Assembly (NCBI GenBank): GCA_030614005.1
Contig: JAUWKS010000012.1
Location: 1-32,000 of the forward strand
DNA from: Candidatus Heimdallarchaeota archaeon
Lineage (GTDB): Archaea > Asgardarchaeota > Heimdallarchaeia > JABLTI01
Length of the DNA stretch: 32,000 bases
Reading direction: 5' to 3'
Each line of letters starts with the position of its first letter. Within the stretch, counting starts at the first letter, position 1. Of the stretch, positions 1 through 8,361 are shown piece by piece. The notes under the pieces are model-generated. The model was not told the origin of the DNA. It worked only from the letters and a program-made list of their open reading frames with translations, and made no database searches. A program made the position numbers and the translations under genes.

Positions 1-700
1 ATTCTTTCAATTCATCAAAATTGGTTATTTTTAGATCAGGAACTTCTAATCCTTCGAGTTGATTGTATGCTTCCCATCTATCAATAAGCACTGAAAACAT
101 CCCTGCTTTATTTGCCCCTTCAACATCTGCGTATGGATTATCTCCTACAAAAATGGTTCTTTGTGCCGTTGTCTTGATCTTAGCCAATGATTCCTCAAAG
201 ATTTTAATATCTGGTTTTGTGTGCGGATATTGGTCGCACGGGGCAATTACAAACTCAAAATGATTTTCTATTTTGGCTTTTTTCAATCGGTTCATAATTA
301 CTTCATTATCGCCGTTCGATACGATAGCCATTTTTATTCCTTTTTCGGTCAGGAAATCCATTAGCGTTAACATATCCGGATATGGTTTAGACCTTTCTGT
401 GAATTCGGTGACCATTATTTGATACATCTTGTATGCTTCTTCATAGGTTATTTCTTTTCCAAATTCCTTTAAAGCGATTACTAGTGATTTTGAATAAGTA
501 TCTCTATCTACACAGAACCCTGCATTTTCCATTAATCTTGTTTGTTCTTCAAAGTATATTTTATCCCATGCTTTGTGTACTTGATCGGCTAAGGCTCCAT
601 CTATTCCTACTTTCTCCATTATTTTTAGTGTTACAAGTTCATGTAATCCATCGTTATTGAAAATGGTTCTATCTGCATCAAATAATACCGCGTCGAACAT
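1..700 (-). CDS. HAD-superfamily hydrolase (YjjG/PGPase-like), C-terminus runs off the left window edge
   Basis: Hand translation from ATG at 700 gives MFDAVLFDADRTIF (motif I DxDxT), IVSNGD (II), TKPD (III), FVGDNPYADVEGA (IV) and a PDLKITNFDELKE tail. The frame stays open to position 2, which is why the ORF track omits it. Confidence 0.9.
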   Translation of the reverse strand, partial: MFDAVLFDADRTIFNNDGLHELVTLKIMEKVGIDGALADQVHKAWDKIYFEEQTRLMENAGFCVDRDTYSKSLVIALKEFGKEITYEEAYKMYQIMVTEFTERSKPYPDMLTLMDFLTEKGIKMAIVSNGDNEVIMNRLKKAKIENHFEFVIAPCDQYPHTKPDIKIFEESLAKIKTTAQRTIFVGDNPYADVEGANKAGMFSVLIDRWEAYNQLEGLEVPDLKITNFDELKE

Positions 701-851
701 GAAAGTCTATCCTTTGATTTATTGATTGTCTTTCTTTCAAGAAGACTGTCTTTATATTTTTTCTATTATGTTTGAAAAGAACCCGTCGAATAATTGAAAG
801 GCAAGTTATGCTTATTCTTTTAGTATAGAGTATTTGTAGGATTGATATACT

Positions 852-2237
852 ATGACCTGGGGTCCAACTCATGTTGCATTAGAAGCTTTTCTCGTTTGGG
901 TCGGTATGGGAAAAAAGAATCGCGAAATTTTCAGTGTAAAAAAAGGGTTATTTGCTCTTTTATCACTCTTTGCTCTTTTCCCAGATCTTGATACTTTCAT
1001 TTATATCCATAGAACATACTTTCATTCAATCGTTTGGCCTTTGTTTCTAATTCTAGGTGTAATCATCTGGCTTATTGTTGCAAAATACATTCAGAAGAAA
1101 GCTTTGGGGAAAAGAGCTGATTTACTTGCTAGAAGTCTTATTATTATTGGTGCATTCATTCTCTTGCACAATATTCTAGATTTAACAACTGGACCTGTTC
1201 TTTTATTCTATCCTTTTGATAATCGTTTGTACAATCTTAATGCCTATATGATTTGGGACTTAGATTTTCCTTTGCTTTTCAAAGGATTCAAGTTTGAGTG
1301 GACTAGCATTTCTTTGGAGGAAGGGATAAACACTTATTTCTTGAATCTCTCACCTGAAGAAAGAATTCAATATTTTGGAGCGGAATTCATCCTTCTTTAC
1401 ATTACTGATTTTCCTTTGCATGCCCTCATTTTCGTTGCTTGGTTCATTTTCTTTCCAGTGATGGGAATTATTGATTGGACTAAAAAATATCAAAAACCAC
1501 AGAAACTCTATGCAAGCATTAAGAGATTTAAAAATCCATTAATAGCATTTGGGTTAATATTGCTGTCCTTTGGTATTATTCTTGGTCCTGCCCTACATCT
1601 CGAGCGAGTTGAAGGTAGGGAATACTCTACTACTCTCTTTTTCTCAGAAGAACAAACAAATTTTAGTGTAGTACAAAGTTTTGAGTTAGATGGAAGAGAC
1701 TCTTTGAATCTTACTGGTAAGTTTACTGGTAATAACTCCTACTGTACAATTGGAGGAGCTATCGCTACCAGCGAACAATTTTCTGCTTTATCCAGCGATT
1801 TAGATGATATTTTTGATCAATATAACAATGAATCACTTTCGCTATCGTATGGTTGGTTAATCACGAATTATCGAACGACGGTCAATCATTTTTTAGCTAC
1901 TTCGCTTGAACATTACACCATTGCTGCTAATAGCACTCAAGAAATTTCTCACAATTTATCTCAACAAGCTACTCTCTATTCGGTTTTCATTCTTGTAGAT
2001 TGGAATAGCTCTATTGATTTTCAAGTACAAACTCAAATGAAATCAACTTTGTCAATAAAAAGAATTACTGAATTCTATACAGGTATTTCATTTGCCACTG
2101 TTGGTTTAATTCTAACAATCATTCCCATAGTCTTAACGTTTACCACCAGACAAAAAGCGGATAGTGAGGCAATTTTAGATGAAAATGTTGGTGATGAATC
2201 CGGTTTACATTTAAAAAGTAAATCAGACAATTTTTAA
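852..2237 (+). CDS. Membrane-bound metal-dependent hydrolase (YdjM/DUF457-like) with a long C-terminal extracytoplasmic domain and terminal TM helix
   Basis: Motifs PTH, FPDLD, HRTYFHS, LHNILD and LLFYPF within hydrophobic helices. The C-terminal soluble region carries 7 N-x-S/T sequons. Confidence 0.8.
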   Translation: MTWGPTHVALEAFLVWVGMGKKNREIFSVKKGLFALLSLFALFPDLDTFIYIHRTYFHSIVWPLFLILGVIIWLIVAKYIQKKALGKRADLLARSLIIIGAFILLHNILDLTTGPVLLFYPFDNRLYNLNAYMIWDLDFPLLFKGFKFEWTSISLEEGINTYFLNLSPEERIQYFGAEFILLYITDFPLHALIFVAWFIFFPVMGIIDWTKKYQKPQKLYASIKRFKNPLIAFGLILLSFGIILGPALHLERVEGREYSTTLFFSEEQTNFSVVQSFELDGRDSLNLTGKFTGNNSYCTIGGAIATSEQFSALSSDLDDIFDQYNNESLSLSYGWLITNYRTTVNHFLATSLEHYTIAANSTQEISHNLSQQATLYSVFILVDWNSSIDFQVQTQMKSTLSIKRITEFYTGISFATVGLILTIIPIVLTFTTRQKADSEAILDENVGDESGLHLKSKSDNF

Positions 2238-2309
2238 AAGTTAAATAGTACTGTAAAAAAAAGATAGGTATAAATTTCCTAGAGATATTGGGATATTGTG
2301 TGATTAATT

Positions 2310-3590
2310 ATGAAGATGAAAAAATTTTTTTTTGTGATGCTTACCTTAGTAATGCTTTCTTCAATGTTATTTGATATAGGTAACATTTACGGCGTAAGTG
2401 ATGAGCAAGATACTGAAGATGATCTTACAATAGATTTAGCCAATGCTGGTGGAGACACTATAGATTGGACAATGGAAGAAATTATGAGTGATACAATGAA
2501 GACTTTTTCTGATTTTGCTGGAAAAGTTGTTTTAATTGATTTCTTTGCAATGTGGTGTGGTCCATGTAAAACTGCTATGCCTTATCTTAGAAATATAAAC
2601 GATCATTTCTCATCTGAGAGTGATTTTGTTATGATGAGTATGGATGTTGATACAACCGAACAAGAATCAGCAATCGAAACTTTTGCTGGTACATACGATA
2701 TGAACTGGTTTATTTTTAGAGATACTTTAGGAGTGAATGATTATTATGGAGTATCAGCTATTCCAACTTTGATGATTATTAATCAATATCAATATGTTTA
2801 CTATATTGAGGAAGGCTTTGGTGGAGAAGAGTTGCTAAAAGGAATTATTCAAGAACTCTTAGATATGAATGATCAAGTAGCTCCTTCTACCAATAATTTT
2901 GAGTCTAATGTTGATCCAATATCTATTCTGGATAATACATTCACAGCAACTGTCGATGTTATAGAGGATGCTATTCGGTATGCTAATTTCAGCTTAACAA
3001 TAGGTGATTTTACCGAATCACAAGTATTCTGGGTTCCAGATTCAGGAGAGTTACCGTGTACTTTTGTTCTTGATCCAATTGTTATTTGGGACGAAACACA
3101 AGAGGGTACAACTACAATTACAGTTGACTTACTTGTTACTGACTTCACTGGAAAACAAACAACAGATACACTTTCTATTGCTATTTCCAATATAGCAGAT
3201 ACATCCGCGCCTGTTGTAATTGTAGATTCGATCGAAGAAACTGATGGAACCTATGGACAAACATTCGAAATTACAGCTACTATTACCGATGATACAATGG
3301 TTCTTGGCGCTACTTTGGAAATTTGGACTCACGGTAAATTCAACACTAGTCAAGAAATGATCAGAGATGGAGATGTTTTTTCAGCTAAGTTCTATAGTTT
3401 TAAAGTAGCTACAGGAGAGGAAATTGTTTTCAAAATAATCACTAATGATGTATCAGGTAAAAATACTACACATATAGTGGACTACACAGTTTCACTTGGA
3501 GCAAGTATTTCTCTACCCGTAATTATCACAATGTTTGTTCTTGGAGGACTTATATTACTACCCCTTCAAAGAATAGCTAAGAAAAAATAG
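2310..3590 (+). CDS. Surface-anchored TlpA/ResA-family thioredoxin with two Ig-like repeats (start may be 2316)
   Basis: Signal peptide (MKKFFFVMLTLVML...), GKVVLIDFFAMWCGPCK, SAIPTLMII, repeats beginning DQVAP and DTSAP, and a C-terminal TM helix followed by a basic tail (RIAKKK). Confidence 0.85.
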   Translation: MKMKKFFFVMLTLVMLSSMLFDIGNIYGVSDEQDTEDDLTIDLANAGGDTIDWTMEEIMSDTMKTFSDFAGKVVLIDFFAMWCGPCKTAMPYLRNINDHFSSESDFVMMSMDVDTTEQESAIETFAGTYDMNWFIFRDTLGVNDYYGVSAIPTLMIINQYQYVYYIEEGFGGEELLKGIIQELLDMNDQVAPSTNNFESNVDPISILDNTFTATVDVIEDAIRYANFSLTIGDFTESQVFWVPDSGELPCTFVLDPIVIWDETQEGTTTITVDLLVTDFTGKQTTDTLSIAISNIADTSAPVVIVDSIEETDGTYGQTFEITATITDDTMVLGATLEIWTHGKFNTSQEMIRDGDVFSAKFYSFKVATGEEIVFKIITNDVSGKNTTHIVDYTVSLGASISLPVIITMFVLGGLILLPLQRIAKKK

Positions 3591-3697
3591 AGAAAGCATA
3601 TGAGTTATGTCCTTTATATTTGGACATTAACTTATTCTTTTTCTCAGAATCCTTGCTAAAATTTAAGAGCTAAATGAAGCTATCAAAGGTGTTACAA

Positions 3698-5137
3698 ATG
3701 AGCGAAGAAAACACAACCACGTCAAGAAATCGAAACTGGTTAAAAATTACTGGAATAACACTTGCAATAGTAGTAGTCCTTGGTGGGCTTGGGTACGGAG
3801 GATTCTATTTCATTACGCACAGTGGCAATTTAGAAACTGCACCAGATTTCTCAGTAACGACCCTTGCGGGAGCGAATTTTACTTTAACAGATTATAGAGG
3901 TAAGGTTGTTCTCTTGGATTTTATGAGCGTAACTTGTGTTCCCTGTAAACAACTTATGCCTGAATTAGTATCTATTTCCGATGAATTTAATGATAGTTTA
4001 GTAATATTATCAATAGATGTTGATCCAACAGATACAGAAGCTCAACTGCTTGAATTCAAAAATGATTACAATGCCACCTGGAGTTTTGCCTTAGATACAG
4101 ATGGTCTTTTCGAAAAGTTTTCTGTATTGGATATCCCAAAAACAATAATTATTGATGCTAATGGATATATTACACTTGCTGAAACAGGTTTTACTGCCGG
4201 TAGTGGTTTAACTGAAAAAATCGAAGAGACATTAGCAGGCACTGCAGAACCAATCATTTCTGGGATTGAATTTTCTATGTTAACTGCGGTTTTTGCAGGA
4301 GTATTATCATTCTTCTCTCCTTGTGCATTTCCATTATTACCGGGTTATATGGCTTATAATTTAGACTTGTTAATGAGAGACGAACAACGTGAGAAAGAAG
4401 ATAACAAAGAAAAGAAGAGCAAAGAAGAAAAGAAATCTGCTCTCAAAAAGCGATTCTGGAAATCATTTATTTGGGGTTCAGCTGCTGCTTTTGGTATTGT
4501 TCTTTTCTATATGATAATTGGTATTATTGTTGCTTCTGTTAGTGAAGGCATAGGTGAAGGGTTAGATCGTCTTGCAAATGCTGCTGAATACATTTCTCTT
4601 TCAATAGGAATAATACTTATTATTTTAGGTATTATTTCTCTAACACCGCTGTCACTTGATATGAGTAAAGCAATTACTGCCATTAACAACCTTGCAACTC
4701 GAAGAAAGAGAAGGAGGGAAGCAGAGAAACTTGAAGAACAAAATAATGGCATTGAAGGAGAAGAAAATGTAGTAACAGATAATTACCAGGATAAAGTAGC
4801 TTCTGAATCTCCTGAAATAATTCAATTATTCTTATATGGGGTTACCTATGCACTTGCATCAATTGGCTGCAATCTACCAATTTTACTTGCTATGTCATTC
4901 AGTGCAATTGAATCCGGTGCTTTTGCTAAAGCAATACTAATCTTTGCGATTTATTCCTTAGCAATGGGATTACCAATGATAATTATTACTGTACTAGTTG
5001 GACTTTCAAAAGAAACATTGATTAATAAATTACAAGCTTCGACAAAGTTTGTAAAAATATTAAGTGGAGCTCTCCTTATTCTTGCAGGTGGATTCCTCAT
5101 AGGATATTTCTTCTGGAATCACTTCCGTATAAGTTAG
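3698..5137 (+). CDS. Fusion of a TlpA-like thioredoxin and a CcdA/DsbD-beta transmembrane electron carrier (ORF track start 3674; 3698 preferred)
   Basis: N-terminal TM, GKVVLLDFMSVTCVPCK and DIPKTIIID, then FFSPCAFPLLPGY and ASIGCNLP in a multi-TM region. An AAGGTG SD-like motif precedes ATG 3698. Confidence 0.85.
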   Translation: MSEENTTTSRNRNWLKITGITLAIVVVLGGLGYGGFYFITHSGNLETAPDFSVTTLAGANFTLTDYRGKVVLLDFMSVTCVPCKQLMPELVSISDEFNDSLVILSIDVDPTDTEAQLLEFKNDYNATWSFALDTDGLFEKFSVLDIPKTIIIDANGYITLAETGFTAGSGLTEKIEETLAGTAEPIISGIEFSMLTAVFAGVLSFFSPCAFPLLPGYMAYNLDLLMRDEQREKEDNKEKKSKEEKKSALKKRFWKSFIWGSAAAFGIVLFYMIIGIIVASVSEGIGEGLDRLANAAEYISLSIGIILIILGIISLTPLSLDMSKAITAINNLATRRKRRREAEKLEEQNNGIEGEENVVTDNYQDKVASESPEIIQLFLYGVTYALASIGCNLPILLAMSFSAIESGAFAKAILIFAIYSLAMGLPMIIITVLVGLSKETLINKLQASTKFVKILSGALLILAGGFLIGYFFWNHFRIS

Positions 5138-5176
5138 ATATAGCACAAATAAACTAAGTAAATGAGGTAAAAACAA

Positions 5177-5749
5177 ATGAAAAAATATCAACATACAAAA
5201 TGGATAGCAATTTTGGCAATTACTATCATTGCAGCATTATTCCTTACCAGTTCGTCATTAAAGGTTACTTCTGCAGAGATAGCTGTAGAATCAGTATCCC
5301 ATAGTCCAACTGAAATCTCAAAAGATACCGAGGTAACTGTTGAAATTACATTTAATGATGATGCAAATGTTTCTGGAATACAAATACAATATTGTGCTTT
5401 GGTGCCTGATTTCGTTTGCCATTTCCCAAAAATTGCTATGACTTCAGAAACTGTGAATGTTTGGAATGGTACTTTTACAGTGGTTGAAGAAACAGGTTTG
5501 ATAGGCTACGAATTGTTCATTTCTTTAACAAATGGCAGCACTCTAGTTGCACCTGATTCAATTGATTATCTTGGATATAATAATATCTTTGAACCCAGTG
5601 CAGATATCTTCTATTTCTCGATAAATATGACAGAAGACACTCCTACTAACTCAGCACCACTATCATTTGGTCTTGGAGAAATAACAATCACTTTTTCAGT
5701 GATAATTTTTGCTAGATCCTTGATAACTAAAAGAAGAAAGAATGTTTAG
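5177..5749 (+). CDS. Secreted, C-terminally anchored Ig-like surface protein with a C-x7-C pair
   Basis: Signal peptide, beta-rich body (SHSPTEI..VTVEITFND), YCALVPDFVC, 4 sequons, C-terminal hydrophobic segment followed by KRRK, and GAGGT SD. Confidence 0.7.
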   Translation: MKKYQHTKWIAILAITIIAALFLTSSSLKVTSAEIAVESVSHSPTEISKDTEVTVEITFNDDANVSGIQIQYCALVPDFVCHFPKIAMTSETVNVWNGTFTVVEETGLIGYELFISLTNGSTLVAPDSIDYLGYNNIFEPSADIFYFSINMTEDTPTNSAPLSFGLGEITITFSVIIFARSLITKRRKNV

Positions 5750-5789
5750 ATTGCACATCTTAACATTCCAGATTTTTCTATTTTTTGAT

Positions 5790-6245
5790 TTAAACTACTG
5801 ATATATCAAATGTAAGTGTGGTTTCTGATTTTATTGAATTGGTGATAAGACAGTATTTTTTGGTTAAATCTACACACTTCTCTGCTGATTTTCTATTTTC
5901 TTCGTCATCAATGGTTATTATTAAATGAGTGTCAATTTTAGTAAAAGCCATTCCTCTTGTTTCCGCTTGTCCAAGATATCCCGTTGCATCTACTTTTAGT
6001 GATTGTAAACCGATATCCAATTTTTCAGCCATCGCGCAAAAGGTGGTCATTTTACAAGCAGCTACTGCACCAACAAAGAGATCTTCCGGGGAGTGTTTCC
6101 CTGGTTTTCCTCCTTTAAATTCTGGCGGGGTAACTACTCGTATAACTGGTTTGTCCTTATCATCTAGGATAAAATTGGCTTCTCTATCAGCAATCATATC
6201 CATTATTACATGGTATTTGTGTTCTGGTTCACTCACATTTTTCAC
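5790..6245 (-). CDS. OsmC/Ohr-family protein
   Basis: TPPEFKGG...SPEDLFVGAVAACKMTT and KYCLITNSIK carry the two conserved Cys. Confidence 0.85.
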   Translation of the reverse strand: MKNVSEPEHKYHVIMDMIADREANFILDDKDKPVIRVVTPPEFKGGKPGKHSPEDLFVGAVAACKMTTFCAMAEKLDIGLQSLKVDATGYLGQAETRGMAFTKIDTHLIITIDDEENRKSAEKCVDLTKKYCLITNSIKSETTLTFDISVV

Positions 6246-6353
6246 CTTGGATTTTATTCTATTTTAAATAAAATAATCAAATAAATTAAAAAGTGTCTTA
6301 TTAGTATCTAAGAAATAAGTAAGGAAAAACCTAACTTTAAGGATGTTGTTGAA

Positions 6354-7130
6354 ATGACTGCTGCTAAAGCATTAATTACTTTATTACCCAGTGAATCTAA
6401 AAAATTGATTGCTGTTGGAATAACAAGCAATGATTATATCAAAGAGAAAATGAAAAAAGGGAGAATCTTTGTTGCAAGGGGAACAACAAACGCTTATGTT
6501 TTACAAGAAATGTTAGCCATCTCTGCATTTGATAAAAAATGCTATGTTGCAGGGCAAATTCTTCCTGAAGGCGAACGGCTTACTGCTTGTCCAAGTGAAA
6601 AACGTTTACCAGAAATTCTTTTTGTTAACGGCAAATCAAAAGAGATGCCTGTGGACAAAGCACTAGAAGAAATGACCAAAGGAGATATTATCATTAAAGG
6701 AGCGAATGCTCTAGATCCAGATGGTGTTGCTGGAGTAATTATTGCTCACCCTCAAGGAGGCACTGTTGGTGCGTTCTGGGGTTCTTTGAAAGCTAAAGGC
6801 TTCGAGCTTTTAATACCAATAGGTTTAGAGAAACTAGTTACTCACTCTGTTCTCTATACGTCCCAAGATATGGGTATTGAGGAAATTGATTTTGTGGATG
6901 GATATAAATCTGGTCTCTTCCCAATATTTGGTGAAACGTTCACAGAAATTGAAGCTTTAGAAACTCTCTTTGAATTAGATGAGGTTCTTCATATTGCAAG
7001 TGGTGGAGTTGGTGGTGCAGAAGGAGCAGTTACTTTACTTCTCATCGGTGAAAAAGAAGTTGTGAAGAAAGCATTTGATTTCTGTCAAAAATTAAAGACT
7101 GTAGAAGCCTTTAAACCAATGATAAAATAG
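6354..7130 (+). CDS. Conserved hypothetical protein, probable NagB/RpiA/CoA-transferase-like (ISOCOT) fold
   Basis: ARGTTNAYV, IIKGANALDPDG and LLIPIGLEKLV resemble the GANA...xxGxxK pattern of LUD/ISOCOT proteins. The fold call is inference. Confidence 0.55.
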   Translation: MTAAKALITLLPSESKKLIAVGITSNDYIKEKMKKGRIFVARGTTNAYVLQEMLAISAFDKKCYVAGQILPEGERLTACPSEKRLPEILFVNGKSKEMPVDKALEEMTKGDIIIKGANALDPDGVAGVIIAHPQGGTVGAFWGSLKAKGFELLIPIGLEKLVTHSVLYTSQDMGIEEIDFVDGYKSGLFPIFGETFTEIEALETLFELDEVLHIASGGVGGAEGAVTLLLIGEKEVVKKAFDFCQKLKTVEAFKPMIK

Positions 7131-7253
7131 GAGCTATTAGTTCCTTGGAGAGATTTCTCTCCTTTTTCTTTCGGTATCTTTTTAGTTCAAGTTTGGGAAT
7201 TTTTTATTAACAAGTGAATTGTTTATAATAAAATAAAATTTATTCGAGGATTT

Positions 7254-7937
7254 TTGATGTCAGGTAGGAGACGCGCAGTAGCACTAAAAATGAAAATTAA
7301 AGATATCGTTGAAGGCGAATTTACTACAGAACAAGATGGTTCCAAAGCTTTACACGTTAAAACTGATGATATTGTTCGAAGAGCAAGAATCATGGGTAAA
7401 ATCACCTCTAAAGTTGATATTGAAAGTGATGAAAGTATATTGATTGATGTTGCAGATGAAACTGGAACTGTGAAAGTTAAAGGCGGAGGAACTGAATGGG
7501 CAGGACAAGTATATCTAGATATGAAAGGATTAGTAGAAGGTTCTACGGTAGATGTCGTTGGATTGGTCCGTGAATCATCTGATGGTAAAGCCTACATAAG
7601 TTGTGAGCTCTGTGTCCTTGTTCAAGATGAAGCTTTGAAGGTTCTAAGAGATCTTGAAATTTCTAAATACTACCGCAAAAAAGGTATGACAGCTGAAGCT
7701 ACAGAAAGTATCGAAACAGCAATGAAAAAGCAAGTAAAACTCTCTGAGAGCGATGAGATCAAAGATCACATTCTTGCCTTGTTGAAGAAAAAAGAGAATC
7801 TTGAAGATGGCTGTACCTTTGATAACATTAAAAGTGAATTAGGCTTATCAACAAAAGAACTTGAACCTGAATTGCGTTCCCTACAAAGTGAAGGAGATAT
7901 TTTCGAACCTCTTCCCGGCACGTTCAAATATGTTTAA
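7254..7937 (+). CDS. Replication protein A subunit 2 (Rpa2/RPA32-like): OB fold plus C-terminal winged helix
   Basis: KIKDIVEGEF, RARIMGKI, DVADETGTVKV and VDVVGLVRE form the OB fold. IKDHILALL...TFDNIKSELGLSTKELEPELRSLQSEGDIFEP matches the RPA_C-type winged helix. Confidence 0.8.
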   Translation: MMSGRRRAVALKMKIKDIVEGEFTTEQDGSKALHVKTDDIVRRARIMGKITSKVDIESDESILIDVADETGTVKVKGGGTEWAGQVYLDMKGLVEGSTVDVVGLVRESSDGKAYISCELCVLVQDEALKVLRDLEISKYYRKKGMTAEATESIETAMKKQVKLSESDEIKDHILALLKKKENLEDGCTFDNIKSELGLSTKELEPELRSLQSEGDIFEPLPGTFKYV

Positions 7938-7966
7938 CCTAGTTAAAAAAAAGTCCCATTTTGAAG

Positions 7967-8251
7967 TTATTTTACAATAACTTCTACCTTATTGGCCAAT
8001 CCTCTTCCAAGTGCAAGTTTTGATCCTTTTACTCGTATCATTACTGGTCCACTTGAAATTTTGTTTACTAATTTAACCTCTGTTCCAGGAACAAATCCCA
8101 ACTCATTAAGGCGTTTACAAGCACCTTGTCCACCCAATATTCTTACAACAATACCTTTCTCTCCAACTTTCAAAGTTAGTAATGTTTTCTTTTGACCCTT
8201 AATATTAGAATCAGCTGGATAGTGCTTCCCTTTGGGTTCAGAATTGTTCAA
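7967..8251 (-). CDS. feoA: Stand-alone FeoA (SH3-like) ferrous iron transport protein A
   Basis: LKVGEKGIVVRI..G..ACKRLNELGFVPGTEV...GPVMIRVKGSKLALGRGLA. The TTG start is preceded by AGGAG. Confidence 0.9.
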   Translation of the reverse strand: MNNSEPKGKHYPADSNIKGQKKTLLTLKVGEKGIVVRILGGQGACKRLNELGFVPGTEVKLVNKISSGPVMIRVKGSKLALGRGLANKVEVIVK

Positions 8252-8297
8252 ATTTTATACTCCTGTTAAGAATGTATATTCACTAATACATTTTGAG

Positions 8298-8311
8298 TTA
8301 GGATTACCAAA
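8298..8311. promoter_or_regulatory. Candidate DtxR/SirR/MntR-family metal-repressor operator upstream of feoA
   Basis: TTAGG-ATTA-CCAAA has one mismatch to TTAGG-N4-CCTAA. It lies directly downstream of a TTTATTTA TATA-like element on the minus strand (about 8313-8320). Confidence 0.4.
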
Positions 8312-8361
8312 CTAAATAAACATTGCTATTGCATTAAAATGGTAGGAAAGGTCAAACTAGA

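Noticed and set aside
63-872. Track ORFs 63..263(+), 433..660(+) and 678..872(-)
   Set aside because: They are shadow frames overlapping the HAD hydrolase on the minus strand or the intergenic region, with no motifs.
2873-4752. Short ORFs inside the TlpA and TlpA-CcdA genes (2873, 3004, 3129, 4066, 4507)
   Set aside because: They are antisense or alternate-frame shadows of well-supported genes.
2310-5749. Cytochrome c maturation system II
   Set aside because: CcdA and ResA-like parts are present, but there is no ResB/CcsB, no CcsA/ResC (WWD domain) and no CxxCH substrate in the window.
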